A DNA stretch of 61,259 nucleotides, the filler included, from Asterionella formosa (Eukaryota), in the NCBI GenBank assembly GCA_002256025.1. It is 12 parts of 12 records of this genome, joined end to end, with 100 filler letters (N's around TTAATTAATTAA, not from the genome) between each part and the next. Parts side by side here need not be neighbours in the genome. Positions count along the whole stretch, not along the records: positions 40,964 to 45,964 come from NKIB01013260.1; positions 46,065 to 51,064 come from NKIB01013261.1; positions 51,165 to 56,162 come from NKIB01013262.1; positions 56,263 to 61,259 come from NKIB01013263.1; 8 more parts are not named here. One strand, written 5' to 3'. The translations under genes and the position numbers were made by a program. Below, piece by piece: positions 45,365-58,160 of the stretch. How positions within the stretch are numbered: position 1 is the stretch's first letter; every line of letters starts with the position of its first letter. The notes below the pieces were generated by a model, which had not been told where the DNA came from, made no database searches, and saw nothing but the letters and a program-made list of their open reading frames with translations.

Positions 45365-46067
45365 GTTGTTGCTGTGGGTAGAGCCGATGAAAGTAGAACT
45401 GAGTTAATGTCCAAAGTTTTGCATTGTGTTGACTGTGACAGCGGAACTTTTGTGTAGGCAGAGAAGCCAAAGCAACAGAATGGCCTCATACATCATCACA
45501 CGACTCGCGTCGATTGAGATCTTTTTGACAACAGTGACACTTTCTCCGGGTTTGGGATTGTTCTGCCTACCGGGGTATACCCCTATCTATAAATAGTACC
45601 GGTAGGCATCCAGGATATTTTGTTAACTTTGTGCTATAATTGAATAATCTAACACATCAGTACTAACAACAAACAAAACAAACGACAAAAGCAACATGCC
45701 GCGCTCCAGTGGTGGCCGTCTTAAAGCAGAAATTGGAGTTGGCGGTCATGGACATTGGAATAGAGTCAACAACGAAAATCAGAATTGGTGGTAGCAGGAA
45801 TCAAGTCATCAATTATCCTTCATTATCAACATTGCTGCTGGAAAATGTGTTTTGCAGAACTTTTGTTAATACATTATTTATTGACAAATGTAGTAAACAA
45901 ACTGTTTGTGCTTTTGTAGTCTTTCCCAATATCATACCAAACATGACATTCATGTACAGCATCCNNNNNNNNNNNNNNNNNNNNNNNNNNNNNNNNNNNN
46001 NNNNNNNNTTAATTAATTAANNNNNNNNNNNNNNNNNNNNNNNNNNNNNNNNNNNNNNNNNNNNGCG

Positions 46068-47410
46068 CCAATACAAGGAAATAGGCTCTTTTTTCCAATA
46101 CAAGGTATTTCACGAAATGACCGGAATTTTTTTCCAATACAAGCAAGGTAATATTAGTTTCTCCGAAATAAGGTTTAATTTCCAATATAAGATGAACCTT
46201 GTATTGGTTACTATGCTAGTTCGCATCCACCTTGTATTGGTTAGCCAATCAACTGGAGCTGACTGTTTCCTTTCCAATCACTCAACAATTCACTGATCCT
46301 TCAATTGCATCGAAAGGAGCATTGAGACTAAGATGGTGTCTCTGATGCACTCCTGAAATGAACAGAATCACGATGATAGGTGAGAAATAATGCACAGGCA
46401 ATTTTTTGGTATGTCCAAGAAAGGCTCAGACCTAAATGCTATGGCGTAAAACAATTTCAATTCCTTAAGCATGGCACCTTACCTATTATTTTGAACAATC
46501 CCTGTTCAACTGGTGGAGATGAGTGAAACAGTGAGACAATGGTTCCCGCACATCGACGTTGTAAAGGATAAGAAATATCACTTGGAGGTATTTTTTTTGT
46601 GATCATGTCAATAAATGGGATCGACTCAGTGATGATTTCCTGTTATATATGCATATACTATGCCATAATACACAGTCAGTACAGAATAATTTGAGCGAGA
46701 ATTTTATCATATCCCAGCCAGACACATTAAAACATTACTGTATGATAATATGAAACACAAAATGACATTTTTATATGATCAATACGCATTTGCAGACACA
46801 TAGCTAGCCGAGTTTTGAAAATTTTGAAAGTATACATAACTGATTGATAATATAATTCAAAACATAACGGTTTTATCAATATGCATCGTCATACTATAGT
46901 ATGATATTGTATGTACACTTTACCAGCACAATAGAACATTACAGGGTCAACCTTGAATTGCAAAAAATTGTCACCTTGTATTGGGACTTATGACCTTGTA
47001 TTGGGATGAGACTTATTGGAACTCATGATCTTGTATTGGCATCATCATGTGACGTAGTACAGCCAAAATCCAATACAGGGGCAACCTTGAATTGCAAAAT
47101 ATTGCCACCTTGTATTGCTGGGACTTATACAGAGCCCAATACAGGGAATACCCTGTATTGGATGGTGATATTCTCAAAACAAATAAGAAACGAACACCTT
47201 GAATTGGAGTGATACCCGGATATGTTTTCACCTTGTATTGGACTTGACATTCCGACCTTTCGCCAATACAAGGTGAACTTGTATTGGAAAAATATCAAAT
47301 GACCAATACTTTGCTTCTATTCGAAAATATTGTGACATCCCATACAAGGTATGCCTGGATTTGGAGGACGAGAACTGGTCAAAAATGTAACAAATATTGC
47401 CAATACAGGG
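46068..47410. repeat. Non-coding array of about 18 CCAATACAAGG/CCTTGTATTGG motifs in both orientations, in two clusters
   Basis: Clusters at about 46068-46240 and 46974-47410; includes a longer direct repeat CAACCTTGAATTGCAAAA.ATTG.CACCTTGTATTG at about 46948 and 47082. Confidence 0.8.
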
Positions 47411-49082
47411 TACTTTAGTTTCCTGTAAAGCTGGTTGGGTTGGTTTATTAAATGGATGTCAAGAAGAGAAACAGCATGTTTCAACTTGGAATTGGAATCA
47501 GTATTGCTCGTACAAAGTTGTATTTGGAACTAGATTTAGCGAAATTACTGCAACTTGGAGATGTTCAGGAGAAGTGGGGGCTTATGATTGGACAAACGAT
47601 TCAACCAGATTCCATCAAAAATGGAAGATATGATTGTTCATAATGATGCATTTATCCATTATAGAGCTTCAAAGTTGTACATAAAAATATCTTAATTCTG
47701 TAGAATTGATTTATGTTTTAGAAGGTGGATTACAATGTTTCATTATGCATATTCGCCATCACTTACCGGCACTACATAATCTTGGTATGATTTCTACTAC
47801 GGGGTGAGATACATATATGTGCGATCTAAATAAATATATAAGGATATGCTTTACCTTATTCATGCATTCGTACATATGCCTGTATACTCCGAGGACATGG
47901 TAAACAGCTATTTCTTTGTCCAACAAAGGTCGATCGACACTTTTACCTTAATTGATCATACAAATTAATGTTCAGTCTGGTTTGTGCACACATAGAGAAA
48001 CCTTACCTCTACATGCTCACCTACAAATGGATCGTTTCAGATTCGTAAACTATCAGAAATTCGTGACAAAACGTATTATTCTACGTATAGAGGTTCAAAG
48101 CGGGAAAATAATTTTTCGATTGACGAGGTTCAAAGCAGTTTTTCCCCTGGTACCAGGTATCCAGGTAGGTATCCAGGTATCCAGGAACTAAACTGTTACG
48201 CCGCAGGACGACGCTGGTGTCTGCAAATGCCATGACTTTTGACATCATTCTGACCAAAGGGATAATATAGCCCTTTTTGAAAGTTCCCATTTAAATGCAA
48301 GGGTATAAATATTGCCCTTTTTGAAAATGCGCTTTCAGATGAGAAATCCGGCTGTGTTTTCCGCATAGGAGATGTATTTCATTGTCGTTTGCCGCGCCTT
48401 CCGTTCACATTTACTACGTAGAGCAGCAAAGTTGAGGCTGCTGACCGGTTCCTAATACCAGGTAGTACCGGTGTACAAAGGCTCTTTTCTCTACTCCCGG
48501 TACACTATAAACGACTCCGGTATGTGCAACTCTCTCGTCCGATGTGCTTTCCCGCTTAACATGAGATATATATTTACCGGTACTTACTTTCTCTTGTATT
48601 TAATTATTATAATTGATCCTACGGTATCTTGTGTGTAGAATATTTATAAATATTTGAAATGTATATGCAGATTCAACCGAGAACCGTGTTGAAATTTGGG
48701 GCAATACTTTTTCCATCTTAGTTCAATGAATTCTTTGTCGGGTCGTGCATGCTCGACCTTTCTAATAAGTGTCATCGGATAAAAGCCCCTGGTCGTCCCA
48801 GCGCGGTGCCATAGTATAATAGTCCAAAAAACAAAAGGACCAAGCAATTATCACAAAGAATGGGATTGAATTATAAATTGGGAATAATTACAACGTATAC
48901 TGAGCATACCTACTATATAACTGTGAATTGGATACCAAAGCTGCACTTACGGCAGACGACTGATGGTTCGCGAGGGAACTACATATGGACAGCAGATACA
49001 AAATGTTTCTTCATAGTTAGGGAATGCAAACCGATTACCGGCGAAAATTTTGTTTTTCCTTGTTCATATGAATGCGTTGCCG

Positions 49083-50242
49083 ATGAATAAGCTTACAAGG
49101 GTTGCCCTCGTCGCTATTCTAGCCCTTATGGGCACTGCCCCTGCATGTGGTCAAGCTCTCGGTAAGAACAAGGCTGTCGTCAAACGAGTACCTTTCCTTG
49201 GTGTGACGAAGCGACAACGCTGACTTCGTTGACACTTCTCTTTACAGTGAATTTGACCCGACTTGCGGCCATTAGGAATGCAAGAAGCGAGATCATCAGT
49301 ATCGTGAATGCAGACAAACGGATTGGCTACAAGTTCGTCCGTCTGGGATTTCATGACTGCGTCGGAGGTTGCGACGGATGTGTGGACCTTCTCAATCCGG
49401 ATAACAATGGTCTAGCTATTCCCATCGCTGAGCTTACTGACATTGTAAGGAAATATTCGATCAAGGGTATAACTCGAGCTGACATGTGGGTCCTCGCTGC
49501 TCAAACGTCGGCAGAAGTTCTCAACAGCGTGCCCTCTGTTGCCTTCCCATTCAAGTGGTACGGTCGCCCTACTTGCGATCAACGCACAAACATTGACGCT
49601 TGCAAAGCAGGCAATTGCGCTTTAGACCGGGGTCCGGATCGCAAAATGCCTTCCGGAAATTTTGATACCCATCAAGTCTTGACTTATTTTAAGGATACGT
49701 TTGGGTTTGATACCGAGGAGACTGTGACACTTATGGGTGCCCACGCTATCGGAAAGGTCAACCGAATCAACTCAGGCTATGCCGGTGATGGTTGGTCTAG
49801 CACCCCAACTGTCTTGAATAACTCCTACTATGCTCAGCTGATTGGCCTAGGCAGTACCACGTCTGAACTAGTCCAAAGGACTCCACAATGGCGACGAGCT
49901 GAAATTGACAACACGGATTTTGTTGACGTTAACGGAAATCCTGTTCCAACTCGACACCAGTGGAATTTTACGAACCTTTTCATGCTTAACGCAGATATAG
50001 CCATGGTTCGCAATTTCACGGGAAGAATCTCAGCGGACGGAGAAGTAAGTTGCACATTTCGTGGAAACACACGCTGTCCCATTGCTAGGGAAACGTTTCA
50101 ATTCATGGCCAAGTACCGAAACAACAACACGTTGTGGGTTGAAAAGTTTAGCAAAGTTTTCACCTCCATGTTGGAATTTCCTTACAGGACTGGGGCTGGG
50201 TGTGCTGCAAGGCTTTGTTTCATTGCAAATCTCTTTCAGTAA
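49083..50242 (+). CDS. Secreted heme peroxidase (non-animal peroxidase superfamily); intron 49162-49247
   Basis: Exon 1 encodes signal peptide MNKLTRVALVAILALMGTAPACGQAL and a GTAAG...TTTACAG intron joins it in frame. Distal RLGFHDCVGGCDGC, TRADMW, proximal LMGAHAIG, MLNADIAM. Confidence 0.9.
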
Positions 50243-53229
50243 ATTAAACAGGGACGAAAGGCTTGCAATAGTTGAGTTAACTTTTTTGGACTCAAATAGG
50301 CCAGGAATGAAACATGAACATGTTTGACTTTAAAACAGTTGACAAAATGGGATCAATCTATTCTACATGGTTAATGTCGTAATTTTCTTTACCATTATTA
50401 GCATTTTCTTATTACCGGTATATACTATTCATTTGTGTGTAGGTAAATCATGATGTTTGAAATCACTCCACGTCGTTCCGCTTTGTGTTATTATTGTACC
50501 GGTAGATAATTTTGTTTACAATTGTCAGCAAAAGTCACAAAGAGAACCGGTAATCACAACGCGAAAAAAACCAGCACAGTCGTTTGTCAATGCAATACTA
50601 CACATTATGCATGTGAAATGATATTCGGCAAATTACCGGTAGTGTGTTTTCTTGACGACAGGCGCTGAGGAAACTACCTGCAGTTTCTTTTTAAGACATG
50701 GCAACATCGGCAGCAAACAGATAATCGTTGATACCTACAACACCCCTGCCTACATCATCTTCTATTCCAGAGTTTTAAAAACGTATCCAATATTCAAAGT
50801 AATTCCAAAGTTGGTGACAACAAGTGGGGTGACAAGAAACATATAGACACCTGAACAGATTGCATTTTAGCGTAAATTTCCAAGAATCCATGAATCCGTC
50901 GAGAACGAGAAGAAATGTGGACATTATAAAGGCATTCTTCCTCCTTCCCATTATCATTCATCATATAAATTCAATGAGCGATTGGAACATAAATATCAGT
51001 GCTAGTTCTCGTTTTGTCTTTCCTCCAACCAGGGGACAGGTTTCACCTCATCCAAAGGCGTATTNNNNNNNNNNNNNNNNNNNNNNNNNNNNNNNNNNNN
51101 NNNNNNNNTTAATTAATTAANNNNNNNNNNNNNNNNNNNNNNNNNNNNNNNNNNNNNNNNNNNNTCGCCTCAGAACCGATGCCAGAGTGAAGATGGCTTT
51201 GGTATTGAATGATTGAACCATCATTAATTGTTCGTCAACACCCGGAATGAGGAGTTCGTGCTCTTCACATCAGTAATAGACAGCTCTACAATACCGGTAG
51301 CATACCGTATAATCAGAGTGTTTTAATTTGGTTCAGGGGACACCGCAAGAAGCATGCTGTGATCATCTAGATAAACTACATGGTAGTCTACTGGTACCGC
51401 CTGGTCCCGGTATATCGGGTTTACCGATTTTACTGGTTCTGGTACCAGGTACCGTACCTGGTTTTAGTCAATTCTATAGGGTGGTATCTATCCTTGTACC
51501 AGGTACCAGGTACCAGGTCCTCCTGGTACCTGGTATCTGGTGGAGGACAACCGGTTTCAATAATACCATGTTGTGATCAGCCGATGAAAGATTTCAATGA
51601 CTAATATTTTTAGCACAAGCCTAGCATTCTGATGATGACATTTTGGCGATTAGTGATTCTGATTCCGACATTTTGGAGACTGCTGAAAAGGCTGATTTTG
51701 TCGAATTTTCAGACAATGATAGTTCAATGTTGGCAGGGTTTGTAATTTGAATTTTCAACATTAGAATCACTTTGGTTTAGTATTAGTAGCTATGTACTAA
51801 GTCAACTAATTTATTTGACTAGGGTTTGCTGGCATCATGAATCTAATTGACATTTATGATTGTTTCACTAAAATCAAATGCATAAATAGATTATCAAATG
51901 AACTGATCCTATACTAATTGACTACATTGCAGCAGCACATCCCTCAAATCCAATTCTTCTAAAGGTATTGGTGATGGTTTAATTGAGACTCTAGCCTATG
52001 CCATTTCTAACCAGGCGCCACTGCAATGTGGTGCCTTTGCACCTTGGCATTATCCACATTAGCAACCATGTGCTCCTCCCAGCAGTATCCCCCCATGTAA
52101 TGCATCCTTTAAGGGCTTATTCGCTGAAAAATACTTTCATTGCATAAAAGTGTCCGAAACTGCACAATGAGTTAGTAAGGGGAATTCGTGTCTATTTAAG
52201 TGGTGCGAAATTTCTAGTAGTGGAAACAATAAGGAATTCAATGTTGTATGTCTACAGGAATGTCTGTATTTAACTTCAAAATGAACCACTCAAGATTCCA
52301 TAGAGATATTAACAAGGACAATTAATATGTACATGATTGTACATACATAATTATACATTGAGATATTTTCTTGCATTTTGAGATATTGCGCCCTCTCCGA
52401 GATTTCTATCGCTCAAGTTTTCTCATATATTTATACAGAAGATAGAAATAAATATCTAATAGAAGTTTTCAATTCACTGCGGACTCAACGATGTCTCGTT
52501 TTTGACCATATCCCCAAAATTGAGAAACGACAACGAATACAAATTCTAGCAGCCATTTCAATTTTTGTTGTCAATACTAGTGCAAAATTTTTATTGAACG
52601 ATTATTCCCACTATCTTAGGCGAGATACATGTACGAATGGCAATAGCTCATTGTTAATTTTCAATGAGAAATTCATTCCGATAAGTTCACCATGGTCAAG
52701 ACAAGATGGTTAATCATTGATCTACATACATAAGGAAATACAAATCAAAAATACTTACTATGTATGTGAAACATATATAATATTATGGTATAATTATTAG
52801 TATAAGTTGCACTGTGACCAGTAGTCCTACATATGCAAAGGTTTAGATAGTACACAACATGACATACCAGTACCAGTACCTGGTACTCTAGCTACTAAAC
52901 TACTGTAGATAGAGCTGTACAGACAATCTTCACATAGTATCCTAAGTACTAAATGCATGCATTGAGCATTCTCTAAACATAGTAACAACAGCATGTAGGC
53001 ATGACAATATGTTGCAGCAATTACCAGTGTGTCACGAAAAAACCCGATTTACAGTTGATTTCAATGATAATACAAAAATAGTTTACATTTTTCGATATTC
53101 GTTTTTATTTTTCGAAACAAAAGAGTCATTTAAAATCTAGATATGAAAAATTTCAATCATTAATAGAAACCATTTTTGATTTGCCAGATATTTAGTCAAA
53201 AAAAGTAAAACACCACCTTCCTGGACTAA

Positions 53230-54407
53230 CTCATTGTATCCTTATTAACTCCGACGTCCAACACTTGTAGTCTAGAAGTGTAGTCCTGGAGAATGTAATC
53301 AGACTCAGTAGCAGTGCCGAAATTTTAATTGTATCGACACAACATGCAACTACCTTGTGGACATAAAATCATTCATAAGAAGAATGTGAGTAGGCTTGCC
53401 GCCTTTTCCCAAAGCAAATGGATGCCAAACTTTTTTCGATCTATCGTAAGGATATGTTTGTAACAACCTAAGCTTTGGGTTCAAAAGCATATTTAATCCC
53501 AACCGGAAAAGTTGTTGCTTGTTTTGAAGTAAAAGCAATATGTCCATCCCTTGTTCCTGGTGCTGTAAACACAATGAATGGTGGCAAATTCTCACCACTC
53601 ATTGTCACCCCTAACAACACAGCACAATGATTCGAATTTCTTGTTGTTCGAAGCCCAATGTTCCTTTTGCCATGGTTCTCCAAAGTACTTGATCCAAACA
53701 TGTAAAAATTGAAGCTTGTCTCATCAATATTGACAATATTTCCAGAAAGTAAATTCGAACGCAGCAATTTGAATTTTGATGTAGGCAACAAAATTCCGAA
53801 TCTTCTCCTCCTCCAGCCTTGTATTTTGGGCAACATGAGTCACACTTCAGATGACAATATCCTTACGGGCAAACCAGCGCTTGATCCGTTTTTCAAGTGC
53901 CTTCAGATACAGATTTGCGTTCCCAGGTTGCTTCCTCTTAACATCAACACTTAGCATCCTAGTAGTGCATGCCCTATCTTGAAGTCGAAGCGGGTCGAAT
54001 AGAGTCTTCAAGCCTTCAAAGTCAGCAGCTCGTGTCCACAGAAAATGATTTGATTGGCTAACCTCAATTTCTATCACGATCCAAGTCATATAACCTACAC
54101 CAATTATTACAATCATAGAATTGGGTACACAAGTGTAAACACTCTATGAATTACTATTGAACCCTTGAAAAATTAGAGCGCACCAGCATTGCACCGAAGA
54201 TGGAAATTCAAATGATCCTAGAAACCTATTGAACCTACAACAGTTTCTCTTTTAAGATTTTATGTTTTAGACTATGGAGAAAACAGCGGTGAAGTTGGTT
54301 TATTCATAATGTTTGGCGATCAAAAAGGGGCGGTGTCTTGTACCCCCTCTAAATAAAATCAATCGTGGCTGTGTAAATTGAGGAGTACAGGACACCGGGT
54401 TTTACGG
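53230..54407 (-). mobile_element. Highly degenerate second pogo/DDE_1 family element
   Basis: IVNIDETSFNFYM...CAVLLGVTMSGENLPPFIVF, ILLMNDF, YTSRLQVLDVG; probable terminus CCGTAAAACCCGGTGTCCTGTACTCC at 54407-54382. Confidence 0.75.
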
Positions 54408-56794
54408 TGTATGGCTAGATGCAAATTTTGAGGACATCGGGTAGGCTCATGTAGACCTAGGATAAACGATAACCCTAAATTTTCTATTAAAATATTTATG
54501 GTGCAAAAATTCTTGTTATTTTGCCATGACAATGGTTATTACCAACCGTCGCTTTTCTTTGTTCCTTGCTGTGATCTCACGGATCCATCGCTGGTTCGAG
54601 CATTGTAGACGCTTGGACTAATAGAATGCGTCAATGGATCCACGAGGGCACTCATTCCCATTGAGTTTTGAGCGATATTAACATTGGTATTGCGACAAGC
54701 ACCAGCAAACAACTTGCTATTAAGGGCGAAATAAACAGGACGTTTAGTCTCAAATGAAGCATTTGACCCGGATATGTATGATAAACCTCAAAACTAGGGA
54801 AGATAATAAATGCTAAAATATAATTAATAACATACAAAATTAAGTGGAAAGATTGGCTAGCTACTAAGTTCAATGATGTAGCTCTATTGCGAATCCTGTG
54901 TGGTGGAGCAGCACAACGCTTGAGTCCACCTTTGTGCACTTTGCAACAAGTATATCAAAGTATGTATGGCAAATAATGAAGACCAAAATGAAATAAATTT
55001 GAGATAGATTCACCTGCTTCCTATTCTTTTCTCTGAAGATGTTCATGAATAGAAAGTATAGTGGTAGATCAAATATGTTGAGCATACTCAAGTTCAGAGT
55101 ATAGATTTTTGCATGGAGACATGTTCCTGTTCCAACCAACAATAATGAAGAACTCATGTTTCCAATAACATCAGAAATTCATGCATGTATCCTTGATCAT
55201 TTCAAGGCATTCGTGTTGACACGCAAATCAATTAACCCTCACTTCCAAGACACTCTAATCAATTGTCTAACCTCAAATTACTTCCAATCTTGATTTGCCT
55301 TCTTCCTGTCCAATCTGTCAATGGATGGTATTCTTCTTGCAATTTTTGTTGAAACTTGTAGGTATCTTTCTCCTATCCTTGTAATTTTATTGAAACTTGT
55401 AGACATCATTCACCTTGGCAAGCTTTTGACAAGTCTGATAAATTGTTGCGTCATATTTGGATGTGCACTTTGGATTTATGCTGACAGGCAAGGATTTATT
55501 TCTGTGCCTTGACTTGTTTGTCTCGTTCTTGTTATTCTCCTTCCTTTCTATTTTTTCTTTTGTCACTGACAAGCAATTTCAAGTATCCAACAAGCCCATG
55601 GAACAATTGGTAATAACTGTCACGAAAAAAGGCCAGGACTCAATGACGAAGGCATTGCTGGTTGTTTCTTTTAATTTGCTAGGAATTGATTGTGAGGATA
55701 AAATAATGGCAAATGGAGGAAGTCATCATGGTGAGTGAGTGAAGTGATTGAGAGCGAGATTGTGGCTGAGCGTATATGTCCAGAGAGTCATGATGATTGA
55801 ATGTTAATGAGACAATAGTATATTCAGGCATGTTTTTTAAAATTTTATTAAAAGAGTAAATGAACATCAAATATTCGACTCTACTTTTATGTATGCCAAT
55901 CAAATATTTGGTGATGCAACATTTCCATCATACGACAAGCTACGGGGGCTTAACCCGATGTACTTTGGTGGTACACCAGCCTAGCGGTATAATAAAAAGA
56001 AACAGATCGAGAAGCGATGTGCTTTGATCATGTCTTACTACGTGTTTGTCAGTTGTAACACTCACGAAGGAAGTTGAACTGAAGCTTTTGTTTGCACCAA
56101 CAATTTAATATCATTAAACATCGCTTCTTTGAGGCTTAATAGTCTACCAGAAGTTCCCCGAANNNNNNNNNNNNNNNNNNNNNNNNNNNNNNNNNNNNNN
56201 NNNNNNTTAATTAATTAANNNNNNNNNNNNNNNNNNNNNNNNNNNNNNNNNNNNNNNNNNNNGTGCCTATGCATTGACAAGAGCATGTTCATTAGGCAAT
56301 GCATAGCATGGACAGCTCGCATCCCTCTGGTTGTTGTCAATCGATGGAATCACGGCTGATTGGAGAGTTTTTACGTCTATAAATTATATCCATGTTAGAT
56401 AAACTGTTATATATGTTCAAATATTTGGTCAGTGGAGGAGAATACTGGATATACCAGTACTTGGTAGATTCTACGGAATGCCACTCTCAGAGTAAACCAG
56501 CTGTACACAATGTAAGATGAGAACTCAAAACTTTGGATAATCCGTGCTTTTCACTTTCTTTTCCGATCGCCACTGTTGAGCTAAATTAACGAAAGTTCGA
56601 CGTCCAATCGGTTGAGAACTAACAGTATGACTCCATCCGGTATATGCACAAGATACATTCTGGAGCTTAAGAAATAGAAAATGAATGATTTTTCATAACA
56701 AAACGTTTTTTTATAGCGTCAGTGGGTCAATGCAGTTTTTTACTGGTAGCAGGTACCCTGTTAGAACGAACAGGTGGTACCAGGGTACCTGGTA

Positions 56795-56890
56795 CCAGCA
56801 AGTTGCGGTAATTTTACTGAAAATAAAGATTTAGCTCTCTTTATCCCAGATTAAAATGTTAGTTTAAGCAAAATGACCGCAACTTGCAGG
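56795..56890. mobile_element. 96-bp hairpin MITE-like element flanked by TA
   Basis: TA|CCAGCAAGTTGCGGTAATTTTACT...AGCAAAATGACCGCAACTTGCAGG|TA; the inverted symmetry extends into the flanks (56784-56901). Confidence 0.65.
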
Positions 56891-57179
56891 TACCAGGTAC
56901 CAGGAAGGTCCGATAATCAGCGCACATAGCATACAGGTTGCTCGTTTTCTGTTCATCGATTCACGTACGAGAAAAATGAAGGGGTATACACCCCAAAAAT
57001 TGTCGATCCCCTAAAGTTTGCGCCACTCTGATATTCTTTAAATAGTCGTTTGCGTAGACGTTAAGCCGTTACTCGTTTTATTGTCAAAATGAACTTGAAG
57101 TCAGCAGTCAGTAAGTTGAAGTCAGCAGTCAGCAAAAGAAGTAGTAGTAAGCGATTTTTTCAAAATTTCAGCAAGTCAG

Positions 57180-57378
57180 GTCAGCAGTCAGCAGTCAGCA
57201 GTCAGCAGTCAGTAGTCAGTAGTCAGTAGTCAGTTGTCAGTAGTCAGTAGTCAGTAGTCAGTAGTAGTCAGTAGTAGTCAGTAGTAGTCAGTAGTAGTCA
57301 GTAGTAGTCAGTAGTAGTCAGTAGTAGTCAGTAGTACCTGGTAGTCAGTAGTACCTGGTAGTCAGTAGTACCTGGTAG
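57180..57378 (+). repeat. Compound micro/minisatellite
   Basis: (GTCAGCA)n, then (GTCAGTA)n, then (GTCAGTAGTA)n, then units carrying CCTGGTA. Confidence 0.95.
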
Positions 57379-58160
57379 ACGGAGTACCAGGTACCAGGTA
57401 CGTCTATGTTACTCCCGATAGTATAGTATGAATGTTGAAGGCATCACTTTTAGTATCCCAACAACAAAAAGAGGATGCGTTTCCATCGCTATTCTAATAT
57501 GAAAAGTAGACACGATTTGTACACCGGTAACGGTAGCTGGTCTCTTCCTATGTACAAAGTAGCTTCTTTGATGTCAGCATATTGAAGTTAGCAGTCAGCA
57601 AGCAAAGTCAGCAGTCAGCGAATCTTTCAAATTTTCAGCAAATCAAGTCAGCAGTTAGCAGTTAGCAACAAGAAGTCCACAGTCAGCAAGCTGAAGTTGG
57701 TAGTCGGCGATTCTGCGGTGAAAGGTGGCAACGCGTTTCCGTTTGAAAGTTTATAACGGTTACAGGTAATGTAAATAAATTGAAATAATTTGAGATATTC
57801 GTCATTTCGGAATTGGTGAGCCAGACAGACTTCCAATGAAGTAGGTTGAAACCGCTACATGGAATTTTTTGTGTATAGTGCGCGCAATTCGCTGAATACC
57901 AGACCTTCCAGGTGAGCAATCCTGCACATCGATACAGATGAATATAGGGTTAGGGATACTTCAAATATATCAGAACTCAATTATGAGAGAACTCGACTAA
58001 CACCTATTATATACTTTAATGTCAACTTAGGAAACAAGTTGTATAAAAGGATTAATTAATAAGCTCATATATTCAACAAATACTAGCTACTACTTTTAGT
58101 TAGATACTTCACTTTGAATTTTAAACAAATTCAAAAAAATCCAATTAGATAAAAAAAAAC

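Noticed and set aside
46068..47410. CRISPR-like array
   Set aside because: Repeats are only 11 bp, in mixed orientation and irregularly spaced; no cas genes; eukaryotic context.
54650..55900. Cluster of short ORFs
   Set aside because: No recognisable motifs and frequent stops; cannot support a gene or TE class call.
57930..58110. Possible Gypsy LTR upstream of the gag remnant
   Set aside because: No second LTR, clear TG...CA boundaries or primer-binding site could be established.
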